Below are positions 39,506 through 51,763 of a stretch of DNA of 64,000 bases, piece by piece. This DNA comes from Felis catus. Lineage: Eukaryota. The number at the start of each line of letters is the position of its first letter. Within the stretch, counting starts at the first letter, position 1. The stretch spans positions 160,086,001-160,150,000 of the forward strand of contig NC_058368.1 in the NCBI RefSeq assembly GCF_018350175.1. The letters are read 5' to 3'. The notes beneath the pieces were generated by a model. It was not told the DNA's origin. It was given only the letters and a program-made list of their open reading frames with translations, and searched no databases. A program made the position numbers and the translations under genes.

Positions 39506-39948
39506 GTGTCCTCCAAAACTGGAGAGCCAGACAGGTGGACACAGAGAATCACATCTTACTGGAGCAGAAACCCATGAGCAGAAACCTCTGGGAGAACCGG
39601 TGTCAGGGTAAGAAAGAAATCCTAAAGTGTAAATGACAAATTGCTGGAGGCTCAGTGTGGACAAGTCTGAGAGTTAAGACTTGCAGGGAGGCTCAGTTCA
39701 AGGCTGGGTATGCCCACACTTCTTTGTGTTTATCTCCAGGAGCTCTGCCAGGTTCTTACAGTAAAGACTGGAGACATCCCATTTTGAACCATTTTGAAGC
39801 ACATTGCATTCTTCTTTGCAAGGCCTGCCCTGTGACTTCAGTTTTCTGATGGATCTAAGAAGAGTTGTTGATTTTCAGGTCAGTTTCTTACTTTTTATGG
39901 CAGAGTGACAATTTCCAAGCTCTTTATATGCCGGACTGGAAACCAGAT
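39506..39948. mobile_element. Ancient L1M 5'-region remnant, apparently in two opposite orientations
   Basis: GGAGAGCCAGACAGG...GAGGCTCAGTGTGGACAAGTCTGAGAGTTAA (+) and GTTGTTGATTTTCAG...TATGCCGGACTGGAAACC (-) resemble old L1M 5' ends (from memory). Confidence 0.5.
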
Positions 39949-41354
39949 ACCCTGAGCAAGATGTGTTTTTACTTCTCTTGGGTAAATATCTGGAAATTAA
40001 ATTGCTTAATGAAGGCTTTTAGTGTTCCTTTTGTTGATGATACAAAATTATGACTTTATTTAAGCACTGTATATCAAGTTTTTTCTTTTTTCTTTTTTGA
40101 AATTCACCAAATAAACATGTATTTGGGCAATAGTTCTTCAAAAAGTACATTATCGTAACATATCATTGTTTTGTTGTCAGCTTTATGATATGCTGCTACA
40201 AGTTTAATATTGTAAACACAAGATCTCAACAAAAAAACCCACAAAACTTTACTGAAAGTTTTTCTTTTTATATGCTTTATTAAGAAACCCCTTGCCTGGC
40301 TTTGGGTGATAGACTAGTCATTAGTGAGGGTTGGATGGTATTTCTTTGTTATCTGCCCTTCCATGTCTATCTTTCCAAGAAGGATAAAACAGTCTTGGGG
40401 TTCTAAGATCTACACATTGACTGTGGGTATCAAAGGGGTTACCAGGAGCAGAGACTGGACCCATTTGGCACCTCAGCCCAGAGCTGATGACCAGGTCAAA
40501 GTAAGCCACCACATGGGTATGAGTGCAGCTTCTTGCCTAAACACCGTATGGGGATATTCCTGGGACCCTGGTAAAGCTCTAAGGAATAACTAAAAACTGA
40601 TGGGGATGGGAGGAGCCTAATCACCCATGATTTAGGGAAAGTATTGGAACTTATCTGCATACCAAGCTGGTGACAAAGGGCAGTTATGCCTATTATGTAA
40701 CTGGTAACTATAAATGAAACAAATGTAGGAAATGATGTTCATTAGAAAAGTTAACCTTATATTATTAACATTATCCCAGTTATCCTTTTAATACCACTTT
40801 TACTTATTTTTATTCTACTATTTTTGTGAAAAGAAGAGGTATAGATCTCAGTGTCTTTGGATATAATTTTTGATCTTAATGAGAACTTTTCTATCTTGCA
40901 GTTTGGTTTATAAAATAATCTAAAATTATAATAAAAGCAGAAATAAGTATATTATGGATAATCTGATAGAATATTTATAACTGAAAATGGTCCTAGGACT
41001 TCATGTTTATGACTTATATGTTACTCAGTAAAGTCCAAATGACATGATGATGTGTTCTTACTGATTAGATTTTTCAGAGTGATTAGGGTTGGGATAAGTG
41101 ACTGGAGAATTGAGTCTTCTTTTGGTATGTGATAGTATCATATTAACATTGCACAATTTCCTATAGCAAAAATCTCAATTTACCTCCTATCTTAGAGAAT
41201 TCTCTTAATACTAAGAGTAATAGTAAATATACAGAAGACTTTTTAATTTTATAGAAATTTTTACTTTTCAGTGTTGAATGTTAGCAATAGATGATTGATT
41301 CATCATAAAATGGTTGACAGTTTAAAAGAAATATGTTATTAAAAAGTAATGACC

Positions 41355-41565
41355 GTGGCGCCTGGGCGGATTAGTTGGCTAAGTATCTGAGTCTTGATTT
41401 TGGCTCACGTCACGATCTCATGGTTCATGAGATTGAGCCCCACATCATGCTCTGTGCTAATAGTGCAGAGCCTGCTTGGGATTCTCTCTCTTCCTTGCTG
41501 TCTGCCCCTCCCCTGCTCACGCTCTATCTCTGTCTCTCAAAATAAATAAATAAACTTAAAAAAAA
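41355..41565 (+). mobile_element. CanSINE (older subfamily)
   Basis: GGCGCCTGGGCGGATTAGTTGGCTAAG head, (CT)-rich body, AATAAA tail. Confidence 0.9.
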
Positions 41566-41571
41566 TAATGG

Positions 41572-41935
41572 CAGAGCATAGAGCAGATTTAGGGCAGTGA
41601 AAATAATCTGTATGACATTATAATGATGGACATATATCATTATGCATATATATAAACCCATGGAATATACAACAGCAACCTTAAATTAAGCAAAGGACTT
41701 TGGGTGATTATGGTGTATCAATGTAGGTTTATCCCTGGTAAAAATTGTGTATGGTGTATCAATGTAGGTTTATCCCTGGTAAAAATTGTACCATTTTGGT
41801 GAGTGATAGTGATATTGGGGGAGGCTATGCATGCATAGGGGCAGGAGGTATATAAGAAATTTCTGTACCTACCTCTCAAGTTTGTTGTAAACCTAAAACT
41901 AGTCTAAAAATAAATAAAATAAAATATTTAAAAAG
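41572..41935 (+). mobile_element. Old LINE-1 3' end (L1MC-like) containing a 40-bp tandem duplication
   Basis: TTTAGGGCAGTGAAA...GGACTTTGGGTGATTATG...GTAAACCTAAAACT...AATAAA; duplicated unit at 41709-41748 and 41750-41789. Confidence 0.75.
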
Positions 41936-42024
41936 AAGTTTAAAACATCTCTCCTCACCCAATGGCAATAATAACAATTCAAATGGGGGACCATGATACT
42001 GAAAATCAAAAGAATCAAGTTGAA

Positions 42025-42498
42025 CATTACTTATCTGTTGCTACATATCAAATCACCACGAACCTAGTAGCTTCAAACCACATATGTTATCTCATAGTTT
42101 CTGTGGATCAGGAGTCTGAGCATATAATTTTTTGTGTCCTCTGCTTAGGATTTCACAAGGCGTTAGTCAAGGCTTCCACTTGCCTATGTTCTCATATGGA
42201 GTGTTGTCTGGGGGAAGAGTCTGGGGAAGAGTCTTCTTCCAGGCTCACTCAGATTATTCACAGAGTTAATTTACTTGCAGCTGTAGGATTCATGGCAACT
42301 TGCTTCTTCAAGGCCAGCAGGAGAGAGAGTCTCTAGCAAGATGGAATCCTATATGACATGCTGTAATTGTGGGAGTGGCATCTCATCACCTCTGCCATAT
42401 AATGTTAGTTAGAAGGGAGTCACAGGAGGAGATAATACAAGGATATAAATACTAGGAGGCAGATATCTGAGGCCACCTACAGGGCTGTCCACCCCACA
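42025..42498 (-). mobile_element. MLT1-type MaLR solo LTR
   Basis: TTATCTGTTGCTACAT...CTCATAGTTTCTGTGGATCAGGAGTCTGAGC...CTTGCTTCTTCAAGGCCAGC. Confidence 0.7.
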
Positions 42499-42777
42499 AT
42501 AAATGAAGTATAAAACTAAATATAATATATAGCAAATAATATATTATTAACCCCAGGAGTTGTCGTTTATGTTCAGCTAAACAATATCATCTATTACATA
42601 AAACTAATGTAATTAATGATGCAAATAGCTTAACAATGGTAATAAAGAAGAATTTTTATTCTTTAAAGAAGGATTTATATATTACCTAGTCTAATCTGAT
42701 TGTTTGCTTCAGAAGAAAAAAATTCTGTTATTGGGATCCTCTATAGAATTATTCTTTAAATTAGCACCCATTTAAAG

Positions 42778-43228
42778 TTATTAGTTTCCTAGGGCTTGTT
42801 GTAACAAAGTATGACAAACATGGTGGCTTAAAACAACAGAAATTTATTCTTTCAAAGTTCTGGAGGCTAAAAATCTGAAAGCAAGTTGTCAACAGAACCC
42901 TGCTCTCTTTGAAAGCTCTAAGATGGGATTCTTGCTTGCCTCTTCATAGATTCTGGTGCTTGCTGAAAATATTTGGTACCCCTTGGCTTCTAGATGCATT
43001 GTTCCAAGTTTTGCATCTGTTATCACCTGACATTCTCCTTGTGTATTTCTGTGTACCTTCTGTTTTTTATAAGGATCCTAGTCATGTTGAATTAAGGGAC
43101 TGCTGTAGTCAGGTATGATCTAAGTTTGACTTAACTAATTACATCTGCAACCATCTTGTTTTCAAATAAGTTCATATTCGGAGGTGCTGAGATGGACGTG
43201 AATATTGGGGGAACACTATTCATTTCAG
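42778..43228 (-). mobile_element. MLT1B/C-like MaLR solo LTR
   Basis: TTAGTTTCCTAGGGCT...GGTGGCTTAAAACAACAGAAATTTATTCT...TTACATCTGCAA...GGGGGAACACTATTC. Confidence 0.8.
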
Positions 43229-43254
43229 ACAAGTTCAGTAATAGTGGCACCATA

Positions 43255-43836
43255 TAGTAGACCATTTTTGAAATTGCTCTAAATGATTCCCACCTCCTGC
43301 TCTGCACCCCTTGTATCATCCCCTCATCTTTGGTGCATGCTGGATCTAGTGACTTTCTTCTAATAAATAAAAATAGGAAAAAGAGATGGGATGTCACTTT
43401 GAGATTAAGCTGTAAAAGTCCGTGATTTTAGTTTTGCCTACAGACTCTGTATTTGGCTCTTCTTATTTGTACTGATGAAGCAAGCCACCATGCTGTGAGC
43501 TCTGCTATGGAGATGCTGGCATAGCAGAGAAGTGAGGGCAGCAACTGCCAATAGTCCGTGAGAAACTGAGGCCCTTAATCCGACAGCTGGAGAGTAACTG
43601 AACCCTGCCAACAGTCACTGGAGTGAGCTTAGAAATAGACCCACCACAGGTCATGTTTTAAGATGACTACAGACCCAGCTGACAGCTTGACTGTAGCCTT
43701 CCAAGATCCTTGTGAGAGATCCCAGGGCTGGAGGATCCAGCTAAGTTGTGCCCAAATTCCTGACTCACAGAAACAGTAAGATGATAATGTTGTTTTATGG
43801 CACTCAATTTGTTACACTTCAATAGATAAGTAATAT
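43255..43836 (+). mobile_element. MLT1E-like MaLR solo LTR
   Basis: AATGATTCCCACCTCCTG...GATGGGATGTCACTT...CCAGCTAAG...TTCCTGACTCACAGAAAC...AATAGATAAGTAATA. Confidence 0.75.
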
Positions 43837-44516
43837 CCACTATTTCTCCTATATTATTCTCAGCAAATATTATGAAACTTGAGAATATGTTTTACATTTT
43901 CCTTTTATCTAAAAAAAGTCAAACAAGGACAGTCTAGTGTAGCTTAATATACCATAGCTTCTAACGGTGTCACTGTAAACTTTCTATGGATGATTTAATA
44001 ATGTCAGGTGAAATTCTTGTCTGGTATGAACTCTGAAGAAAATTCCAGAGATTTAATCATTAAGGTTTAATTAGAGTTGATAGGATTAATTATATAATCA
44101 TACCAACAACATGATTATGCTGTGTGTTTGCTTTTAACTGAAGCACTGGTGTTTTTTGTCCTGGACATTGGAAATAAATAGAAATTTATTTTGGTTTGGC
44201 AGTTTAGATTAGACGGGCATGGTTTTATTATTGTCTTCTGAAGTTTGGGTTTATAATTATAACACAATTAGCCATTTGAGATACCCCTGTCCTATCTCTG
44301 TTTATTCTAGAAGAACTAGAAAAGCCAATTTCTTTTTTTTTATTTTTTTTTTATGAAATTTATTGACAAATTGGTTTCCATACAACACCCAGTGCTCATC
44401 CCAAAAGGTGCCCTCCTCAATACCCATCACCCACCCCCTCCTCCCTCCCACCCCCCATCAACCCTCAGTTTGTTCTCAGTTTTTAAGAGTCTCTTATGCT
44501 TTGGCTCTCTCCCACT

Positions 44517-47500
44517 CTAACCTGTTTTTTTTTTTTTTCCTTCCCCTCCCCCATGGGTTCCTGTTAAGTTTCTCATGGGTCCACATAAGAGTGAAACCAT
44601 ATGGTATCTGTCTTTCTCTGTATGGCTTATTTCACTTAGCATCACACTCTCCAGTTCCATCCACGTTGCTACAAAAGGCCATATTTCATTTTTTCTCATT
44701 GCCACGTAATATTCCATTGTGTATATAAACCACAATTTCTTTATCCATTCATCAGTTGGTGGACATTTAGGCTCTTTCCATAATTTGGCTATTGTTGAGA
44801 GTGCTGCTATGAACATTGGGGTACAAGTGGCCCTATGCATCAGTACTCCTGTATCCCTTGGATAAATTCCTAGCAGTGCTATTGCTGGGTCATAGGGTAG
44901 GTCTATTTTTAATTTTCTGAGGAACCTCCACACTGCTTTCCAGAGCGGCTGCACCAATTTGCATTCCCACCAACAGTGCAAGAGGGTTCCCGTTTCTCCA
45001 CATCCTCTCCAGCATCTATAGTCTCCTGATTTGTTCATTTTGGCCACTCTGACTGGCGTGAGGTGATACCTGAGTGTGGTTTTGATTTGTATTTCCCTGA
45101 TAAGGAGCGACGCTGAACATCTTTTCATGTGCCTGTTGGCCATCCGGATGTCTTCTTTAGAGAAGTGTCTATTCATGTTTTCTGCCCATTTCTTCACTGG
45201 GTTATTTGTTTTTCAGGTGTGGAGTTTGGTGAGCTCTTTATAGATTTTGGATACTAGCCCTTTGTCCGATATGTCATTTGCAAATATCTTTTCCCATTCC
45301 GTTGGTTGCCTTTTAGTTTTGTTGGTTGTTTCCTTTGCTGTGCAGAAGCTTTTTATCTTCATCAAGTCCCAGTAATTCATTTTTGCTTTTAATTTCCTTG
45401 CCTTTGGGGATGTGTCGAGTAAGAGATTGCTACGGCTGAGGTCAGAGAGGTCTTTTCCTGCTTTCTCCTCTAAGGTTTTGATGGTTTCCTGTCTCACATT
45501 TAGGTCCTTTATCCATTTTGAGTTTATTTTTGTGAATGGTGTGAGAAAGTGGTCTAGTTTCAACCTTCTGCATGTTGCTGTCCAGTTCTCCCAGCACCAT
45601 TTGTTAAAGAGGCTGTCTTTTTTCCATTGGATGTTCTTTCCTGCTTTGTCAAAGATGAGTTGGCCATACGTTTGTGGGTCTAGTTCTGGGGTTTCTATTC
45701 TATTCCATTGGTCTATGTGTCTGTTTTTGTGCCAATACCATGCTGGCTTGATGATGACAGCTTTGTAGTAGAGGCTAAAGTCTGGGATTGTGATGCCTCC
45801 TGCTTTGGTCTTCTTCTTCAAAATTCCTTTGGCTATTTGGGGCCTTTTGTGGTTCCATATGAATTTTAGGATTGCTTGTTCTAGTTTCTAGAAGAATGCT
45901 GGTGCAATTTTGATTGGGATTGCATTGAATGTGTAGATAGCTTTGGGTAGTATTGACATTTTGACAATATTTATTTTTCCAATCCATGAGCAGGGAATGT
46001 CTTTCCATTTCTTTAAATCTTCTTCAATTTCCTTCATAAGCTTTCTATAGTTTTCAGCATACAGATCCTTTACATCTTTGGTTAGATTTATTCATAGGTA
46101 TTTTATGCTGCTTGGTGCAATTGTGAATGGGATCAGTTTCTTTATTTGTCTTTCTGTTGCTTCATTGTTAGTGTATAAGAATGCAACTGATTTCTGTACA
46201 TTGATTTTGTATCCTGCAACTTTGCTGAATTCCTGTATCAGTTCTAGCAGACTTTTGGTGGAGTCTATCGGATTTTCCATGTATAATATCATGTCATCTG
46301 CAAAAAGCGAAAGCTTGACTTCATCTTTGCCAATTTTGATGCCTTTGATTTCCTTTTGTTTTCTGATTGCTGATGCTAGCACTTCCAGCACTATGTTAAA
46401 CAGCAGCGGTGAGAGTGGGCATCCTTATCGTGTTCCTGATCTCAGGGAAAAAGCTCTCAGTTTTTCCCCGTTGAGGATGATGTTAGCTGTGGGCTTTTCA
46501 TAAGTGGCTTTTATGATCTTTAAGTATGTTCCTTCTATCCCGACTTTCTCAAGGGTTTTTATTAAGAAAGGGTGCTGGATTTTGTCAAAGGCCTTTTCTG
46601 CATCGATTGACAGGATCATATGGTTCTTCTCTTTTTTTTTGTTAATGTGATGTATCACGTTGATTGATTTGCGAATGTTGAACCAGCCCTGCATCCCAGG
46701 AATGAATCCCACTTGATCATGGTGAAGAATTCTTTTTATATGCCGTTGAATTCGATTTGCTAGTATCTTATTGAGAATTTTTGCATCCATATTCATCAGG
46801 GATATTGGCCTGTAGTTCTCTTTTTTTACTGGGTCTCTGTCTGGTTTAGGAATCAAAGTAATACTGGCTTCATAGAATGAGTCTGGAAGTTTTCCTTCCC
46901 CTTCTATTTCTTGGAATAGCTTGAGAAGGATAGGTATTATCTCTGCTTTAAACGTCTGGTAGAACTCCCCTGGGAAGCCATCTGGTCCTGGACTCTTATT
47001 TGTTGGGAGATTTTTGATAACCGATTCAATTTCTTCGCTGGTTATGGGTCTGTTCAAGCTTTCTATTTCCTCCTGATTGAGTTTTGGAAGAGTGTGGGTG
47101 TTCAGGAATTTGTCCATTTCTTCCAGGTTGTCCAATTTGTTGGCATATAATTTTTCATAGTATTCCCTGATAATTGTTTGTATCTCTGAGGGATTGGTTG
47201 TAATCATTCCATTTTCATTCATGATTTTATCTATTTGGGTCATTTCCCTTTTCTTTTTGAGAAGCCTGGCTAGAGGTTTGTCAATTTTGTTTATTTTTTC
47301 AAAAAACCAACTCTTGGTTTCATTGATCTGCTCTACAGTTTTTTTAGATTCTATATTGTTTATTTCTGCTCTGATCTTTATTATTTCTCTTCTTCTGCTG
47401 GGTTTAGGCTGCCTTTGCTGTTCTGCTTCTAGTTCCTTTAGGTGTGCTGTTAGATTTTGTATTTGGGATTTTTCTTGTTTCTTGAGATAGGCCTGGATTG

Positions 47501-48398
47501 CAATGTATTTTCCTCTCAGGACTGCCTTCGCTGCGTCCCAAAGCGTTTGGATTGTTGTATTTTCATTTTCGTTTGTTTCCATATATGTTTTAATTTCTTC
47601 TCTAATTGCCTGGTTGACCCACTCATTCGTTAGTAGGGTGTTCTTTAACCTCCATGCCTTTGGAGGTTTTCCAGACTTTTTTCTGTGGTTGATTTCAAGC
47701 TTCATAGCATTGTGGTCTGAAAGTATGCATGGTATAATTTCAATTCTTGTGAACTTATGAAGGGCTGTTTTGTGACCCAGTATATGATCTATCTTGGAGA
47801 ATGTTCCATGTGCACTCGAGAAGAAAGTATATTCTGTTGCTTTGGGATGCAGAGTTCTAAATATATCTGTCAAGTCCATCTGATCCAATGTCTCATTCAG
47901 GGCCCTTGTTTCTTTATTGACCGTGTGTCTAGATGATCTGTCCATTTCTGTAAGTGGGGTGTTAAAGTCCCCTGCAATTACCACATTCTTATCAATAAGG
48001 TTGCTTATGTTTATGAGTAATTGTTTTATATATCTGGGGGCTCCGGTATTCGGCGGATAGACATTTATAATTGTTAGCTCTTCCTGATGGATAGACCCTG
48101 TAACTATTATATAATGTCCTTCTTCATCTCTTGTTACAGCCTTTAATTTAAAGTCTAGTTTGTCTGATATAAGTATGGCTACTCCAGCTTTCTTTTGGCT
48201 TCCAGTCGCATGATAAATAGTTCTCCATCCCCTCACTCTCAATGTAAAGGTGTCCTCAGGTCTAAAATGAGTCTCTTGTAGACAGCAAATAGATGGGTCT
48301 TGTTTTTTTATCCATTCTGATACCCTATGTCTTTTGGTTGGCGCATTTAATCCATTTACATTCAGTGTTATTATAGAAAGATATGGGTTTAGAGTCAT
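44517..48398 (-). pseudogene. LINE-1 ORF2p (APE endonuclease, reverse transcriptase, C-terminal Cys-rich domain), disrupted by 4 in-frame stops
   Basis: Starts [18 protein letters not shown] at 48398; motifs QETH, GDFN, SDH, YRPISL, FADD, CWRGC..HCWWEC all in one frame; stops at 46425-27, 46092-94, 45888-90, 45213-15. Confidence 0.95.
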
Positions 48399-48448
48399 TG
48401 TGATGTCTGTATGTTTTATGCTTGTAGTGATGTCTCTGGGACTTTGTC

Positions 48449-49341
48449 TCACAGGGTCCCCCTTAGGATCTCTTGTAGGGCTGGTTTAGTGGTGACAAAT
48501 TCCTTCAGTTTTTGTTTGTTTGGGAAGACCTTTATCTCTCCTTCTATTCTAAATGACAGACTTGCTGAATAAAGGATTCTCAGCTGCATATTTTTTCTGT
48601 CTAGCACCCTGAAAATCTCGTGCCAATTCTTTCTGGCCTGCCAAGTTTCAAAAGAGAGATCAGTCACGAGTCTTATAGGTCTCCCTTTATATGTGAGGGC
48701 ACGTTTACCCCTTGCTGCTTTCAGAATTTTCTCTGTATCCTTGTATTTTGCCAGTTTCACTATGATATGTCGTGCAGAAGATCGATTCAAGTTACGTCTG
48801 AAGGGAGTTCTCTGTGCCTCTTGGATTTCAATGCCTTTTTCCTTCCCCAGTTCAGGGAAGTTCTCAGCTATAATTTCTTCAAGTACCCCTTCAGCACCTT
48901 TCCCTCTCTCTTCCTCCTCTGGGATACCAATTCTGCGTATATTATTTCTTTTTAGTGTATCACTTAGTTCTCTAATTTTCCCCTCATACTCCTGGATTTT
49001 TTTATCTCTCTTTTTCTCAGCTTCCTCTTTTTCCATAACTTTATCTTCTAGTTCACCTATTCTCTCCTCTGCCTCTTCAAGCCGAGCTGTGGTGGTTTCC
49101 ATTTTGTTATGCATTTCGTTTAAAGCGTTTTTCAGCTCCTCGTGACTGTTCCTTAGTCCCTTGATCTCTGTAGCAAGAGATTCTCTGCTGTCCTCTATAC
49201 TGTTTTCAAGCCCAGCGATAATTTTATGACTATTATTCTAAATTCACTTTCTGTTATATTATTTAAATCCTTTTTGATCAGCTCATTAGCTGTTGTTATT
49301 TCCTGGAGATTCTTCTGAGGGGAATTCTTCTGCTTGGTCAT
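48449..49341 (-). pseudogene. LINE-1 ORF1p (coiled-coil/RRM/CTD RNA chaperone), one frameshift
   Basis: MTKQKNSPQ... at 49341; frame change near 49215-49220; C-terminal part ([32 protein letters not shown]) in ORF 48449-49114. Confidence 0.92.
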
Positions 49342-49959
49342 TTTGGATAGTCCCTGGCATGGTGAGGACCTGCAGGGCACTTCCCCTGTGCTGTGGTGTA
49401 TAACTGGAGTTGGTGGGCGGGGCCGCAGTCAGACCTGATGTCTGCCCCCAGCCCACCGCTGGGGCCACAGTCAGACTGGTGTGTGCCTTCTCTTCCCCTC
49501 TCCTAGGGGCAGGATTCACTGTGGGGTGGTGTGGCCCGTCTGGGCTACTTGCACACTGCCAGGCTTGTGATGCTGGGGATCTGGCGTATTAGCTGGGGTG
49601 GGTAGGCAAGGTGCACAGGGGCAGGAGGGGCAGGCTTAGATCGCTTCTCCTTAGGTGATCCTCTTCAGGAGGGGCCCTGTGGCAGTGGGAGGGAGTCAGA
49701 TCCGCTGCCGGAGGTTTGGCTCTGCAGAAGCACAGAGTTGGGTGTTTGCACGGAGCGAGCAAGTTCCCTGGCAGGAACTGGTTCTCTTTGGGATTTTGGC
49801 TGGGGGATGGGTGGGGGAGATGGCGCTGGCGAGCGCCTTTGTTCCCCACCAAACTGAGCTCTGTCATCCGGTGGCTCAGCAGCTCTCCCTCCCTTTGTTC
49901 TCCAGCCTTCCCGCTTTCTGAGCAGAGCTGTTAACTTATGACCTCCCAGATGCTAAGTC

Positions 49960-50269
49960 GCGCTTGCTGTCGGAACACAGTCCGTCAGGCCCCTCCGCTT
50001 TTGCCAGCCAGACTCGGGGGCTCTGCTTGGCCGGCGAGCCGCCCCTCCGCCCCGGCTCCCTCCCGGTAGTCCGTGGAGCGCGCACCGCCTCGCCGCCCTT
50101 CCTACCCTCTTCCGTGGGCCTCTCGTCTGCGTTTGGCTCCGGCGACTCCGTTCTGCTAATCCTCTGGCGGTTTTCTGGGTTATTTAGGCAGGTGTAGGTG
50201 GAATCTAAGTGATCAGCAGGACGCGCGGTGAGCCCAGCGTCCTCCTAAGCCGCCATCTTGCCGCTTCTC
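49960..50269 (-). promoter_or_regulatory. L1 5' UTR internal promoter (CpG-rich, YY1 motif)
   Basis: High CpG density; CAAGATGGCGGC YY1-type motif at 50249-50260 near the 5' end. Confidence 0.75.
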
Positions 50270-50546
50270 AAGCCAATTTCTTTTAATCAAGAAAAAGTCA
50301 TTTTTCTGGTTTCCATCCAAAGGGTACATAAACTTGCAATATAAAGCCTTGGGAAAGGAGAGTTGGGTGTAGGTGAGTTATATTTTGTTTTTAATTAGTC
50401 CACTCATATTAATACCTTTTAAAGTAAAGACAGTGGTAATAAATCTATGGTATACTAGGATGTTAAACAGTTTTAAGAAAATTACAATATAATTTTCCAT
50501 TAATTGAAACATTAAAACTCTTCCTATGCTATCAAGTTTTCCTTTA

Positions 50547-50762
50547 TTTTTTTTTTTTTAACGTTCATTTATTTTTGAGACAGAGAGAGACAGAGCATGA
50601 ACGGGGGAGGGGCAGAGAAAGAGGGAGACGCAGAACTGGAAGCAGGCTCCAGGCTCTGAGCCATCAGCCTAGAGCCCGATGTGGGGCTCGAACTCACGGA
50701 CTGTGAGATCGTGACCTGAGCTGAAGTCGGACGCTTAACCGACTGAGCCACCCAGGCACCCC
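50547..50762 (-). mobile_element. CanSINE (SINEC_Fc-like)
   Basis: TSD ATCAAGTTTTCCTTTA at 50531-50546 and 50764-50779. Confidence 0.95.
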
Positions 50763-50779
50763 AATCAAGTTTTCCTTTA

Positions 50780-50819
50780 AAAAATTTTTTTCTAAATGTT
50801 TATTTACTTTTGGGAGGGA

Positions 50820-50854
<35 letters not shown>

Positions 50855-51021
50855 CATGGGCAGGAGAGGGGCAGAGAGAGAGGGAGGCACAGAATTTGAA
50901 ACAGGCTCCAGGCTCTGAGCTGTCAGCACAGAGCCCGACGCAGGGCTTGAACTCACTGTCCGTGAGATCATGACCTGAGCTGAAGTCAGATGCTTAACCG
51001 ACTGAGCCATCCAGGTGCCCC
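50780..51021 (-). mobile_element. CanSINE (SINEC_Fc-like)
   Basis: TSD TCAA(G/C)TTTTCCTTTA at 50765-50779 and 51022-51036. Confidence 0.95.
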
Positions 51022-51375
51022 TCAACTTTTCCTTTAAGTAATAAAACATAGATTGTTTAATTTTGAAAAAAAAAATAAACATTTCTTTGTTCAATTAACT
51101 TAGAATTTTGTAAATAGTTTATTTTGAACATCTCTTTAAATAAGTCTCTGTAGTATTATTAGTTGAACTACCTGGTTGAAACTTGAAGATGAATGATTCT
51201 CAACCCATGGGTTGGGGGCCAAATATAAATGGGTTTACTAGAAGTCCTGTACAATTGGGAAGGGAAAACTGAGGATGGTTTCTTGAATTTATATGGTTAG
51301 CTTTTTTTTTAATTCAAAGAATTTTTTTCTATCAACTTTTGTTTGAAGCAGGTGTTAATATATAACTGGTTTATG

Positions 51376-51570
51376 ATTTTTTTTAATGTTTATTTATTTT
51401 TGAGAGAGAGCATGAGCGGGGAAGGGTCAGAGAGAGATGGGAACAGATGATCTGAAGCAGGCTCCGTGCTGACAGCAGGTAGTCCCAAGTGGGGTTCAAA
51501 CTCATGAAATGTGAGCTCATGACCCAAGCCAAAGTTGGAAACTCAACCAACTGGGCCACCTAGGTGCCCC
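51376..51570 (-). mobile_element. CanSINE (older subfamily)
   Basis: T-rich tail; head ends CCACCTAGGTGCCCC. Confidence 0.9.
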
Positions 51571-51763
51571 AGTAGTGTATTTTCCCCCACATGTTATCTT
51601 CACTTAAGGTAGAGGCTTTAGATCCATACTAAATGTAACTGAAATCTCAGCCCTGACCTAGTCAGATCTGAATACATGAATTACAGAACCATATATTCAG
51701 ATGGGTAAACCAGCTGGATCTCTAAACAGAAAGTAATTCAAGCAAAGAATTGGCATATGTTTT

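Larger units (their letters stand above)
44337..50269 (-). mobile_element. Full-length LINE-1 (L1_Fc-like, about 5.9 kb), inactivated
   Basis: Perfect 15-bp TSD AAGCCAATTTCTTTT at 44322-44336 and 50270-50284; CpG-rich 5' UTR, ORF1, ORF2, G-rich 3' UTR, AATAAA and poly(A). Confidence 0.98.

Noticed and set aside
46078..49145. Plus-strand ORFs of 85-150 aa
   Set aside because: Antisense frames of L1 ORF1/ORF2; no independent coding evidence
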